A stretch of 64,000 nucleotides of DNA from Penicillus capitatus (GCA_965649825.1 OZ287699.1:836477-900476); one strand, 5' to 3'; positions 11,169 through 23,189 are shown, counted from the stretch's first letter. Made by a program: numbers and translations. Notes: generated by a model from the letters alone, not told the origin.

Positions 11169-12503
11169 TCAGTATTGGTATCCCTTCTCATACATGCCGA
11201 CGGCGGCCTCGGCAGATTCTTCAGAGGGATCATACTTGCCAAGCTGTGCCATGCTGTTCGCTCTGGCACGCTTGAGCAATGCTTCTTGTGCCGGTTTCTC
11301 ATTCGCCTCATCCCCTTGCCACGTTTGCAGCACAGAGTTCTGCAGAGCACGCGCATAGGAGAAAGAGACATGCCACGGATTGGTCTCTTGGTTCATCGCG
11401 TTGAGATTCAATGTCGCTTCGAGTTCCGATTGGCCACCGGACAAAAACATAATGCCTATATTCAGATCCTCTCACTCTTCTCACTCATCAATACGACTTG
11501 CTTACCGGGTACGGCAGGGGGGACACGTCTTTTCAGCATCCGCAGAGTATATTCCGCCACGCGTTCTGGCGATTCTTTCTTAGAGCTGTCTGCTCCGGGT
11601 GTGACCATGGAAGGTTTGAGAAGCATGCCCTCGAACAGAACGCCGTTGTCGGCAAGATACTTAAATGTCTCGGCCCAGATGTCCATAGCCACAGCCAGTG
11701 TCCTGTCAATGTCATGATCGCCATCTAATAGCACTTCTGGCTCGACGATGGGGACCAAGCCAGCAGATTGGGCAATGGCCGCATAACGTGCCAGTCCATA
11801 GGCACAATCGCGCAAGGCAATGATCGAAGGACCCGATGGAATACTAATAACAGATCTCCACTTAGCAAAGCGTGCGCCTGCTTGGTAATACTCTGCACAT
11901 CTAAGATCACACAGATCACTGTTTTAATAAAGATCCCAAAAGATGATGATCATCACCGTGCCGCCAATCCGTCCAGTCCCTGACACCAGCTCTCTTCGTT
12001 GGCGTTAATCAAAGGCGACAGTCCTTTGTCGACTTTAATACCCGGTACGATTCCTTGTGCTTTCAAGCAGTCGACAAACGGCTTTCCGTCGCGTGCCGAT
12101 TGATAAAGCGTTTCTTCGAAGAGAATCGCGCCGGAGATATATTGACCGAGACCCTCTGTCGTCAACAGCAGTTCGCGGTACGTGCGTCTGTTCGGCTCGG
12201 TATTGTCGACGCCAATCGACGCAAGACGCTTTCCGCATGTCGCATTCGATTCATCCATCGCCAAGATGCCACGACCGGGAGACGCGATCTGTTTCTAAGC
12301 ATCACAACGAGTACAAGGCTTAAGATCCATCGGTCCACCGACACGGTGACGGGACGTACTGCTGTGGCAACAAGTTCATCGTCATAAGCGCCGGCACGTG
12401 TCACAACGCGCGTTCTTTGAGGACGAACAAGACGAGCACGTGTTGGTGCGTGCGGTCTTCGCAGAAATACAGCTTTCCTTGTAGCGAGAAGAGACGTTGC
12501 CAT
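11169..12503 (-). CDS. FBA: Plastid class I fructose-bisphosphate aldolase, 4 exons
   Basis: Transit peptide, [56 protein letters not shown]-terminal GMYEKGYQY. Confidence 0.97.
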
Positions 12504-12694
12504 CTTGCGCGACAGAGGTATGCCAATGCAGTAGAACGTAAAGAGACGAAGAAACGCGAGAACCAAAGGTTGCACCCCTTGATGACCGTCTGTTTAAAAG
12601 GGATCAGGACAGTGGGTGCCACGTGGAGCGGACCGTATACGAAGCATATACGGTTGGAAGGCAGGACGTTGGGACGCCAGAGCACCAACCATCC

Positions 12695-13929
12695 ATGCAA
12701 AGGCATCCGATTATCACGATGCGTTCCTGCACGGAACTCTCGGCGGAGTTCGTGCTGTCCGGCACAGATGCTTCCGTCGCCAATGCTCTGAGGCGCATCA
12801 TGATTGGCGAGATACCGACGATCGCGATCGAACTCGTCGAAATCGAGACCAACACGACCGTGCTGACGGACGACTTCCTGGCACATCGACTGGGACTCAT
12901 CCCCCTGTCCTCTCTGCGTCGGCATCCTCCGTCCCTGCGACGTGGGTTCTGATGGGACGTCTCTGTTCAGAGGCCGCCAAGATGGTGGGCGCCTACGACA
13001 ACGCCGAGGAAGACATCGACGAGATCGAGCTGTTTCTGGACGTGCACTGCACGGAGGAAGAGCGAACGGTGCGGTCATGAGCATCCCTGCATCGCTGCAC
13101 GGGGATGCTGTTCGCAGATGCTGGTCACATCGAAAGACCTGTCCGTGGGGACGCCCAACGTCGACGTGGTCCCCATCGGCCATCCGGGGTTCTGCTTCGA
13201 CGACATAGCGAACATCCCGGTCACCGTCGTCAAACTGAGACAGGGACAGTCTCTCAAACTGAGGGCCATCGCCGTGAAGGTTCGCTCTCTTGTGTCCTCC
13301 CTGCATCGCCCGTGATCAGGTTTCTGCGCGAGACCAGGGAATCGGGAGAGACCACAGCAAGTGGAGCCCCGTCTCCGCCGCTTCCTTCACGAATATGCCC
13401 GAGATTGCCTTCAACGAATACGTCCTGGCCGGATGGTCCCCACAGCGCAAGATCGAGCTGTTCGAGGAGCTGGCCGAGTGCTTTCCGGTCGGGCGAAACC
13501 CCTTCTGCCTCGACCTGCCGGCCAAAAAGGTCGGTTCTCTCTGCCACACCCACCCGCCGACAAGTGCAGACCGACTGCCGCAGATGATTCTCAAGCCGGA
13601 GCTGTACAACTTTGACGACGCGCACGTTGCCGTGCTGGAGAAGCACGGGGTCCCGGACCTCTTCAAGATACAGTCGGTGCCGGGCACCTTCATCTTCAAA
13701 GTGCGTGTCCGCGATCAGATGCCGACGCGTTGCGATCTTCCTGTGCCGCACGCAGCTGGAGACGACCGGCGTGCTCGACGCCGCCGAAGTGCTGATGCAG
13801 TCCATCGACATCCTGGCGTCGAAGCTGAAGGACATTCGGCGAGCGATCAAGGCGGAGGCGCAGGGGACCGACGGTGTTCCGATGCAGATGGACGAGGGAC
13901 TTCAGGGCGGATACGACGACGGATACTGA
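12695..13929 (+). CDS. RPB3: RNA polymerase II subunit RPB3, multi-exon
   Basis: DASVANALRRIMIGEIPTIAIELVEIETNTTVLTDDFLAHRLGLIPL, VKLRQGQSLKL, GIGRDHSKWSP, FIFK-LETTG. Last intron 13701-13755. Confidence 0.95.
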
Positions 13930-14045
13930 CGCGTGTAGACGACGTCGCGTTCGATTCCCGCGGCCGCAGACAGACAGAGAGTCGGCTCTCAAAACATTTC
14001 CCGGTGTGCGAACAGAGAGGTGTCCGTCGGAATGCAGGCGTGCGT

Positions 14046-15017
14046 CTAAGATCCCATGAAAACGCAGTCCGGGAACTGCAGTCTCGCGTCGTCCAGTGAG
14101 CGGCCCTGCTCTTCGTCTTGCCAGAAGTTGATCACCTGCGTGGCCCGGTTCAGCAGCAGGATCTGGGCATAGCGACAGAAGCGTCAGTGCGCAGTCGTTC
14201 GGCTCGGCGCGTCACTCGCCTGATCCGTTTCGTCGATCCACGCGTTCTCGCTCAGCCTCTGTCGGAGCTCCTCCCAGGCATCGGTCCTCGGCCAGATGAA
14301 GTACTCCGTCAGCGGAATGCGCTTTTTCTACACGCACAAGGTCGCTTGGTCGCAAGGAATGGACGGCGTTCTGATCGCTTGCGTTTCCGAAGATCTGGTC
14401 CACGGCGAACGCGATGTACTTGTCCAGCCACAGGAAGCTCAGCGCGAAGCCCTTCGGGCATCCGGATGGCGGGTCCTGTTCGGTGTCGGCCGAGATCTCT
14501 GCCTCCTCCTCGTCGTCGGCATCCGTCTCCTCCTCCTCGTCGTCCAGCAGCGCCTCCATCGCTTCGCTGGGATCCGCGGCTTCGTCCTCGTCTCCGCCGA
14601 GATCGGCTCCGAACCCCATCACCTCGTCGTCGTCGAGGTCGTCATCGTCGTCTCCGTACAGGTCCTCGTCGATGTACTGGACAGGCGAGAGCGATCGCAG
14701 CAGGTGCGGGGCGAGATCGCCGTACGGAGAAGCGGAGGACCGAGCGCCTTGGCTGTCGAGGGATTGTTGTCCGACGGCGATGGGAGATGAGGCATCCCGG
14801 AGCAAGGGACGCCGATCGCGGCAACTCCGGGACCCTTCTCGATGCAGCGACCTGTCGGATCACACCACGTCGAGGCGGAAGAGCGACTTCGGTGGCTGCG
14901 GCGACAGCCTCGACAATCGAGCGACCGGGCGACCGAACGCAGTCGGCTGACCTTCGACGGCCGGACGCCGCGAGGCACGGGCACCGTGCGAACGGACGCG
15001 TTGGTGAGCGGACCCAT
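14046..15017 (-). CDS. PSRP3: Plastid-specific 30S ribosomal protein 3 (Ycf65 family), right copy
   Basis: Same exon structure as 2648-3619 with an intact frame; several amino-acid differences in the transit peptide and acidic linker. Confidence 0.9.
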
Positions 15018-15139
15018 GACCGAATCGATTTACACTCCGGAAGAGGGCGATGCGTAACAAACCCCACTCTCAGTGAAAGACCGAGCGACGGCAGTGACGT
15101 GACCGACGTCCGCGGTGCCGCATCGCCCGGCCTCGCGAT

Positions 15140-15551
15140 CTAGGAGGTGAAGAACCCTCCGCTCTCGTTTCGAGCGTAGCCCTGGAGCCACATGCGCCGA
15201 CGTCCCGTCTGCAGAGAGGGGTGAACGGCTGCACCGGGTTGCGCTCGACCGGAGGATTCTGGTCTCTCGGGAACCGAGATGCGTCCACCCTCACCACTCG
15301 CAGGGTGCTCTGGTAGGAGACGTCGTCGCCGTTGGCCAGTCTCTGCAGCGCCTGTCGATGCGCCTCCTCGTCCGCGGACGCCTCGTGCGCGACCCACTGC
15401 AGCGGAACGCACATCGACGTCCCGATGCGATGATCCACACGTGCCTCGCCCCTTCCCCCATGGCGCTGGGTCGCACGGTAGTTCTTCACCTGTCGGGACG
15501 GATCGCGCCTGTGCGATGCGTTTCGATTCGAACCTGCTGCCGGACGTCCAT
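15140..15551 (-). CDS. Unannotated 77-aa protein, right copy, divergent from AGO
   Basis: Mirror of 2114-2525 with the same length (412 nt) and same splice sites; ATG lies 303 nt from the AGO ATG. Confidence 0.65.
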
Positions 15552-15854
15552 GCCGATCGATGCGTCGCCGCCGAACGATTCGCGTCCTGGAAATCGATCG
15601 ACGATGACGCGACAGTCTCATTTCGTCGGTCTCGGCGGCCTTGATCGTCCATTACGAAGGGCGACAACTGTTTCGTCCTTCTCCATCGAGCGCGAACTCT
15701 CGTCTCGCCGATCGTTACTTTTCAGAGCGCGGCAGTCTGCGTTCGAACCCAATCGACCGCTGTCCGCATTCGTTGTCTTTGTTCGGCGTCTCCCTGCTCG
15801 TCTTCCTTCCCGTCCGGCGTTGTCGGTGCGTTTGTTCGTTCGCGTCCGAGTTCG

Positions 15855-18800
15855 ATGTCGGGCAGAGGAGGCGGAGGACGCGGTGGCTATGGAGGTAGGC
15901 TCGCACGCCTTCGCGCTCGGCGGCACACGCGTCTCGGCACCAACTGTCGAACGCCGAAGGCGAACCGCGTCCTTCTGACGGTGGGCGGATCTGTTGTAGG
16001 TCGCGGCAGGGACCGCGGCAGGGACCGCGGAAGAGGTCGCTTCGGCGGAAGAGGAGGAGGTGCGCCGTTCGCGCCGTCGCTCGTGCTGCTTCCTCACCGG
16101 TGTCTCGCGTTGAAGGTCGCGGCGACTTCCGCGCCGTGCCGGAGGCCGAAGGGCGTCGCCAGGTCGAGCAGATCGCGTCGTCTTTTCGCATCGGACAGCC
16201 GTGCATCTCGGTAGGGAACCCCGCTGCCGCATCGCCGCGATCCGAAGGCGTGTGCCTCGCAGGAGAGCATCGACAGTCCGGACGCGCCGTCCTATCCGCC
16301 GGGCACCATCGGCACGCAGGCCCAGCTCGCGGCGAACTACTTCCAGCTGGACTGTCGGCTGAACAGCGCCTTCCAGTACAACGTGACAATCGGTGAGGCA
16401 CCTCGACGCCGGACGAGCTGCAGCGCGTGTGCGTGCGACAGAGTGCGAGTTCAATCAGGGACTGGAGCACCTGCTGCTCGCTGAGCTGGCCAGGAGGGAG
16501 GACTGGCCTCCGGGGTGGATCTTCGACGGCAAGAACGCCCTCTACACGGCCGGGCAGATCATATCGACCGACGAGCGCGAGGAGACCGTCGAGCTGGAGC
16601 AGGGTCCTAGGTCTCGCCAGTACAAGATCAAGCTGACCCAGACGACCGTGGTGCGCATGAGCCACCTGACGGAGTACGTCCAGCGCAGCCGAGCCGAGTT
16701 TCCGGCAGAGCCCGTCCGCGTGCTGGAGATCCTGCTGTCCCACGCCGCGTCCCTGATGCCGGACAGGGTCCTCCACAGGAAGAGCGTCTTCGTCGACGCG
16801 CAGGCCAACAAGCGCGACATCGGACACGGAGCCGAGGTTCGATCCGCTCCGCCGCGATCGGATCCGTGAGCGATTGCTGCTGCTGCAGGCGTGGCTGGGG
16901 TACCACCAGAGCATCCGTCCCTGCCAGAACGGACTGTTCCTGAACATCGACAGCGCGTGCGCCCCGTTCTACAAGCCGATGCTCGTCTCCGAGTTCATCG
17001 CCGAGATCCTCGGCCAGCAGCACGTCCCGCGCGAGCTCACCAACCAGCAGAAGTCGATCGTCAGAGGCGTCATGAAGAACCTGACGGTGACGCCCTCTCT
17101 CGCCCGCGCGCCGCGCGGAGACGGGCGGCCGCTCTAGGTGAGTCTGGTGCGCGGGAGGATGCGGAAGAAGGTCGTCGGGCTGCTGGATCCGCCGACGCGC
17201 CTCAGCTTCGAGCACAGGGAGCACGGAGAGATCACCGTCGCCGAGTACTACGGGAGGATGGACTGTCCCCTCCACTACCCCGAGCTCCCCTGCCTGGACT
17301 GCTCGAGGGGCAGAAAGGTCTGCTTCCTGCCTCCGGAGTACGCACGGTAACGCCGAGCACCCGCCGCCGGTTGCTTGCTGACGTCGACGGTCGCTTCCCC
17401 GCAGGATCGCCCACGCCCAGTTCGTGAACAAGATCACGGAGCGCCACCAGGAGCAGATGATCCGCTTCGCCGCCCAGAGGCCCGACGAGAAGGAGCGCTA
17501 CCTGAACGGCCTGATCAGGGAGGACGCCGACATCAACCGGATGCAGAAGGTCCCGGACTTCCAGCTCTCGGCGCTGGAGCCCGCCATGAAGCAGATCCGC
17601 GGACGCGTCCTCCCGTCCCCCTTCCTGTCCTACAAGGAGCCGGCCTGCTTCAACGTCGGCACCGAGGGGCAGTGGAACCTCGGGGGGATGACGATGAACT
17701 TCTTCAAGGCGAAGAAGCTCAAGTCCTGGGCGCTGCTGTCGCTGGCGCAGGAGCGTTACATCAACAGGCCCGGCGAGAACGGCATCCAGTCGTTCCTGCA
17801 CGAGCTCTACGAGGCCCTGAGGGCGCACACGGTCATCCCGTCCTCGGTCGACCTGTCGAGGCCGCCGATCGTCTACACAAGCGACTCCAACTTCATCCAG
17901 GACATGGAGCAGGCCAAGGCGCGGGCGCGTGATGCCTACGGCAGGGATCCGGACATCATCCTCTGTCTCATCCCCCGGAGAAGTGCGCGCTCTCATCTGC
18001 GCGGCCCCGATCGGACGCCTTCTGTGCCTCCGCAGATACGCGCCTGTACAAGATCGTCAAGCGGACGTCGGACGTCCACGTCGGCATTCCGACGCAGTGC
18101 TTCGCGGGGGACAAGTCCGGAGTCGGCGACAATCGGCCTCCGAGGGGACGCATGCAGTACTGCGCCAACCTGGCGCTCAAGATCAACGTGAAGGTATTTC
18201 CCTTCCCCTCTCCTCTCCGCGGAACGCAGGGATCGATGCTCCGTAGGTGGGCGGCACCAACTCGGTCCTGCTGGGGACGACGCAGTGCGGACTGCCCATG
18301 GTGCACCAGCGCCGACCCTACATCGTCCTGGGGGCGGACGTGTCGCACGCCTCGCCGGGCTCGCATCTCTCGTCGATCGCCGCCGTGGTGGGCAGCGTCG
18401 ATCCCATGGCGTCCCGCTACTCCAGCCGCATCACGTCACAGCCGCCGCGCGAGGAGATCATCATCGACATGAAGGAGTCCGTCAAGGGACTCCTGCGCGA
18501 CTTCTACGAGCACAACCACCAGAAGAAGCCCGAGTCCATCGTCGTGTTCCGGGACGGCGTGTCGGAGGGCTTCTTCAGCCGGGTGCTGACGCACGAGTAC
18601 AGGGCCATCCGAGAGGCCTGCGGCGAGATGGGCGATCCGGCGGCGGACTACGCGCCGCCCATCACCTACATCATCATCCAGAAGAGGCACCACACGCGTC
18701 TGTTTCCGAAGGGGCAGAACGTCGCCCACCGGAGCGGGAACGTGAAGCCCGGGACGGTGGTGGACTCGGAGATCACCAGTCCCTACGGCCACGACTTCTT

Positions 18801-19107
18801 TCTCTGCTCCCAGGCGGGAATCCAGGGAACCGTGCGCCCCGCGCACTACCACGTGCTGGTGGACGAGAACAGATTCGGTTCGGACGCCATCCAGGTCATG
18901 TGCTACTGGATGTGCTACATGCAGTGCAGATGCACCAAGCCGATCTCGGTGCCGGCTCCGGCGAACTACGCCCATCTGGCGGCGCTGCGTGCGAGGCTGA
19001 TCGCGGGCGAGGAGACGGACGACGAGACGAGCAGCATCGCATCGGGATCCGGGCCGTCGGCCGGACCAGCTTTCGGAGCTTCCCAGGCCAAGATGTACTA
19101 CGTCTAA
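15855..19107 (+). CDS. AGO: Eukaryotic Argonaute (RGG-N-PAZ-MID-PIWI), about 10 exons, slicer tetrad intact
   Basis: AWLGYHQSIRP, PAZ ITVAEYY...YPELPCL...FLPPE, MID LYKIVK...GIPTQC...YCANLALKINVK, PIWI GADVSH / PREEII / FRDGVSEG / HHTRLFP / NYAHLAALRAR (D-E-D-H), ending MYYV-TAA. Confidence 0.97.
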
Positions 19108-19977
19108 TGCGCGTGCGTCGGCGGCATCCATCGATCGTCCTTCTCGACAGGACGCATTTTCCTGTTCTCCTAAGTACCTTCTTTTCTCGTGTTCTCGGCG
19201 CAGCTCTAGTCGCGGAAATCATCGACGACGTGCACTTATCCTCTGGCCGATGTGCTGTTGAGAGTCTTTGACTTCGATAGTGAGGGGGATGGATACCAGT
19301 CGGAAGGATGGCGATGTCATTTGTCAACGTACTGTTTTTTGACAATTTTCGATCGTGGGCAAGCAGAAGGGTGTTCTTAAAAGGGAGAGGGAAATGAATG
19401 GAGTGTTTAAGAAATGAGATATCTATCGGGAGTCGTCTCACAGACATGAGGCCAGAAATGCCTCAGTTCTGTCCCTCGCGATCCACAACGGCGCACCGTC
19501 GTTCGCCGTTTCATAACCGTGCCCGCATCCGCGTCAGCAGCTTACATGCACACTGCATGGCATCGACACCCGACTGCGTGTTCAGGACACCTGCAGTCCA
19601 TCGCGGTTGTCGCCTCGACCTCGTTGGCGCCTTCGTCTAACCGCCATTCGTACCTGACGGAGAGCCAAAACGCCGTGCAGCTGCCGCCGAGATATTGGCA
19701 GCACCTTATCCCGTCTCCAAAAAGGGTCTTCGTGCCATTACCTGCGTCTAAACATCTGCGTCGACGGTTGGACCTTCCTCGCTCTCTGCGTCTCTATTGG
19801 TCTCATCGCTACCGAGGCCATCACTTCCAAGCTAGTCCTTTGACGGTCCATCGACAGCTCGTCTTTACCATCCCACGCTTCAACCATTGCCATTCCGCGG
19901 CACCTCGTAACACACCGGGCGGAAGACCCCTCCCTGACGGCGTCGTCGTTGTTTCAGGAAGAACCGGTCGTTGAAGC

Positions 19978-21842
19978 ATGGACACGGGATTAATCGACGT
20001 GCATATCTCCCCAGAAGACCTGGCGCTGTGCACGCAGGATAGCTTTCTTGCGCCATTCGTTCCGAACGATCTTTCGACCGATTCCGCTTCGACGACGCAG
20101 CTCACGAGTGGAGGCGGTCCTTTGTGCTACAGCCAGAGCTATCCGCTTTCCCCCGCATTCGGAAATCTTCAGGCGCACGAGTTCCAGACGACGCCGATGG
20201 CCGAGGGGTGTGGATTCTTTGACGAGTGTCCAGGACTGTACAGCCAGCCCTTGACGACGCAATGTCCCTTTCAGAACGCCAGCAGTGGAAGCTCGCCCCC
20301 TCCCATGTCAGGAGACCGCATGTACGACGACCTGACCGACTCACTCGATCCCGCCTCGGCGAGGACATTCACAAAGTCCGTCATTCGATTCTCCCAAACC
20401 CCCATCGATGGATGTTCTCAGGGATTACTTGACAACGGCGGCGAGTCTGCACCAGGAAGCCCAGGCGTCCGTGGGGAGTCTGCAGCAGCTGCACGTGGCC
20501 GCATCGAACCGACTGCTGATCACAGACTTCGACAGGTCATTGCCGTCCGACGCCTTCCACGTGTCGAAGACGCTGCCGCCGACACTATCGAGCCAACCGC
20601 AGCAGATGGAGCATCCCACCCATCGATGTGGTGCGGGACTGTTCGAGCCATCTCTTGCGATTCGCAGCGCGTCGTGGAATGAGCCTGTCGTCAAGGAAGA
20701 GATGACATCACAGCGCGCCTCACCTCAGCGTCGGAGCGAAGACTCGTGCGGCACGGCGCCCAAGAACAGATGGAAGCCGAACAACACGCAGCTTCATCAT
20801 CTGGAGCAACACTTTCGAACAGGCACGCCGATCCTCGCCATCTGACACGCAGTCGACCGAAGGGATGCCCTGCTGTTGCAGGATACACCAAGGCAACGCC
20901 AGAGCTGTTTCGGGCTGTGCAGGAGGCAGGTCCGGTGACGGAGCTGCAGGTGTCTGTGTGGCTGAAGAACAGACTCGCACGATACAAGCGTGATCCAATC
21001 AAGGTGCGATCCCGGCGGCGCCGTATGACGCTGACGGCGAGCGAATGCATGTCTGCAGCAAAGCGAACCTCGTTCCGAGGAATCAAGCACTTTCGACTCC
21101 GACAACATTGATGCACCGATGATGATTGGGAACAAGAGAGAAAGACAGGAGGACAGGAGGAATGAAGACTTTGGCTACGTGCAGTCAGCTGTGCTCGATG
21201 AATTGTCCACAATTCTTCAGTCTGTCGACCCTCGAGATGTGACAGGACTAGCGCGTGCGATTCGAGATGCCAATCGCATTTGCTGCTATGGCGTCGGCCG
21301 AGAAGGACTCGTTCTGAAAGCCTTTGCCATCAATCTGCACAACCTGGGTTTCAAGGCCTACTTCGTGGGAGATACCAACACCCCTGCGCTGACGACCGGC
21401 GATCTCTTCGTAGTCGCGGCTGGACCGAGTTACTACAGCACGGTATCCCACGCCCCCTTTTCCTGATCTTGTGGGACTGAGCGTGGATGGTGCGTGCGTG
21501 TTGCTCTAGGTGAATGCGCTGTCCCTGGAGGCACTGAGGTCGAGAGCACGCGTGGTTGCGTTCACGGCGCACAAGACGGCTCCCTTGCCATTCGTGGATG
21601 GCGTGATACGCATCGCATCGCAGACGTTGCCGCCCTCTATGCCGGTCATGAACAGAAAGCTTGGAGGTCTGGACGCGGAGATGGTGTCCTCGCTGCCGGA
21701 GGGAAGGATGAGCATCATGCAGATGGGTGCCTCCTTCGAGACGGCTCTGTCCCTCGTCCTGGAGAGTCTCTGCGTGATGCTCCGAAAGAAGCTGCGCATC
21801 TCTTCGAATGACATGGCCATCAGAGGAAGCAATCTCCACTAG
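19978..21842 (+). CDS. WOX-like homeodomain fused to a 6-phospho-3-hexuloisomerase-like SIS domain (predicted 545 aa, 5 exons)
   Basis: Exons 19978-20317, 20364-20822, 20882-21003, 21059-21442 and 21510-21842 sum to 1638 nt in one open frame. Homeodomain RWKPNNTQLHHLEQHFRTG...GPVTELQVSVWLKNRLARYKR; SIS ICCYGVGREGLVLKAFAINLHNLG...GDTNTPALTTGDL. Exon 1 is less certain. Confidence 0.78.
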
Positions 21843-23189
21843 AAAGTCAGTTCTCCGCTGCGAGCGTCATGCATGAACGCTGAATGTGTGTGTGATTTTG
21901 ATCTCTGCCTCCCACCCAACCTGTGATACATATCTGTCGTGCAAGGATTTCTTCTTTTTATTCGTTCATGAGTCCTACCTATCAGTGATCGACTGCATCT
22001 GATTTTCGATCTCGTTGTCCAGAGGCTTTACCTCGTCGTATGTATGAATAGGAGGCATCGATTGACTTTGCGTAGTAGGTCCTGCTTTAGAAATAAGCTC
22101 CGTTTTCAGTTCACACTGTTTTTAATAATGCACTGCGTGGCGTTGAATCTGGATGCGCTTTCCACCGTCTGTTTCTTTTCGAATTCATTCATGATGTTTC
22201 TAAGAAGAGCTGACAGAATCAGTGACCGATCTTTAAATCAATTAACGTAGATCTCACTCCTGTGTGGCATTTGATTCAGCATTTCATATCTATCACAACT
22301 GACAGCTTTTCAAGCTCAGAAACAACAATAATGGCAACATCTTCTGTTACCTAGAATAAGTACCATGCGTCGTCGTCAAGATTGGCTGCGAATCACAGAT
22401 GTCCTCAGGCACACCGTAGATGCCATTCTTTTACTTTTCTCGGTCCACATTAATTCTTAGTCGTTCGTCTTCGTTGTCTGGATGCCCGTTTCGCGTTCGT
22501 CCCTGATGAACAGGTTTGGGCGAGGCGTCGACTGAATTCGGAAGTGCTGTCGTCCATGAATGCTCAGAAGCTGTTGATGGTGCCCCCTCTGTCTGCGAAC
22601 GTTGAAAACCTGCTGGATATTTCTTTTTGTACGGGTTCTTTCTCCAGTTGTGCTTATTTAACAACAACAACAACTTCTATCGATTTCTGAACAAAGACCA
22701 TTCGTCAATCGTCCCTACGTGCAGTGACAGGTTGTGGTTCAGTCCGGGATCGCCCCGAAATCAAGTCCTGGCAAATGCGGCGGGTCACCAAGGGACACCG
22801 GGTATGTCACTCTTCCTACTGTTGGTGTGATTCCCTTTTGCCATTGGGCCGCTGAAGGCTTCCCGTGCAAAGCAAGCTTTCGTGTAGCGTTGACGGAATT
22901 GAGAGACAACATTTGAAAAGAAAATTAAGAAAGAAGCTGCAACTTGTTATTCTTGGCCGTGGCCGCTGAGCAGTATCAATACTCCGATTATTGAATCGAA
23001 TGACAGAGCGATCAAATCGAAGAGGATGGCCAAAGTTAGTGCAATGTGACATTATACGGCGGGAGATATTTGAGATCGGATGGATCGACTACATAAGCAG
23101 TCTTGCTTCGTAATCTTGATCGATTGTTGCAACTGCGATTTATGGGTGAACGGCAACAGGCGATCGATGGTTCGACGATAGTCGACACC

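Larger units (their letters stand above)
13731..17667. repeat. Right arm of the inverted segmental duplication (right limit set only by the window start of its partner)
   Basis: Reverse complement of 1-3930 with scattered substitutions and small indels. Confidence 0.97.

Noticed and set aside
3930-13731. Hairpin RNA or siRNA source from the inverted arms
   Set aside because: It would need a >10-kb transcript through several genes in both orientations; there is no supporting signal.
15140-19107. Prokaryotic Argonaute defence operon (AGO plus small partner gene)
   Set aside because: The AGO has spliceosomal introns, an RGG tail and a full eukaryotic N-PAZ-MID-PIWI layout. The neighbour shows no APAZ, TIR or SIR2 features.
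21109-21121. Homeobox and SIS as two cistrons 7 nt apart
   Set aside because: A canonical 55-nt intron with a branch site gives a stop-free in-frame fusion, which is the simpler reading. Not excluded without RNA data.
22734-22880. Minus-strand VSLGDPPHLPG resembling SF1 helicase motif III
   Set aside because: Isolated short match, a stop follows shortly after, and no other helicase motifs are present.
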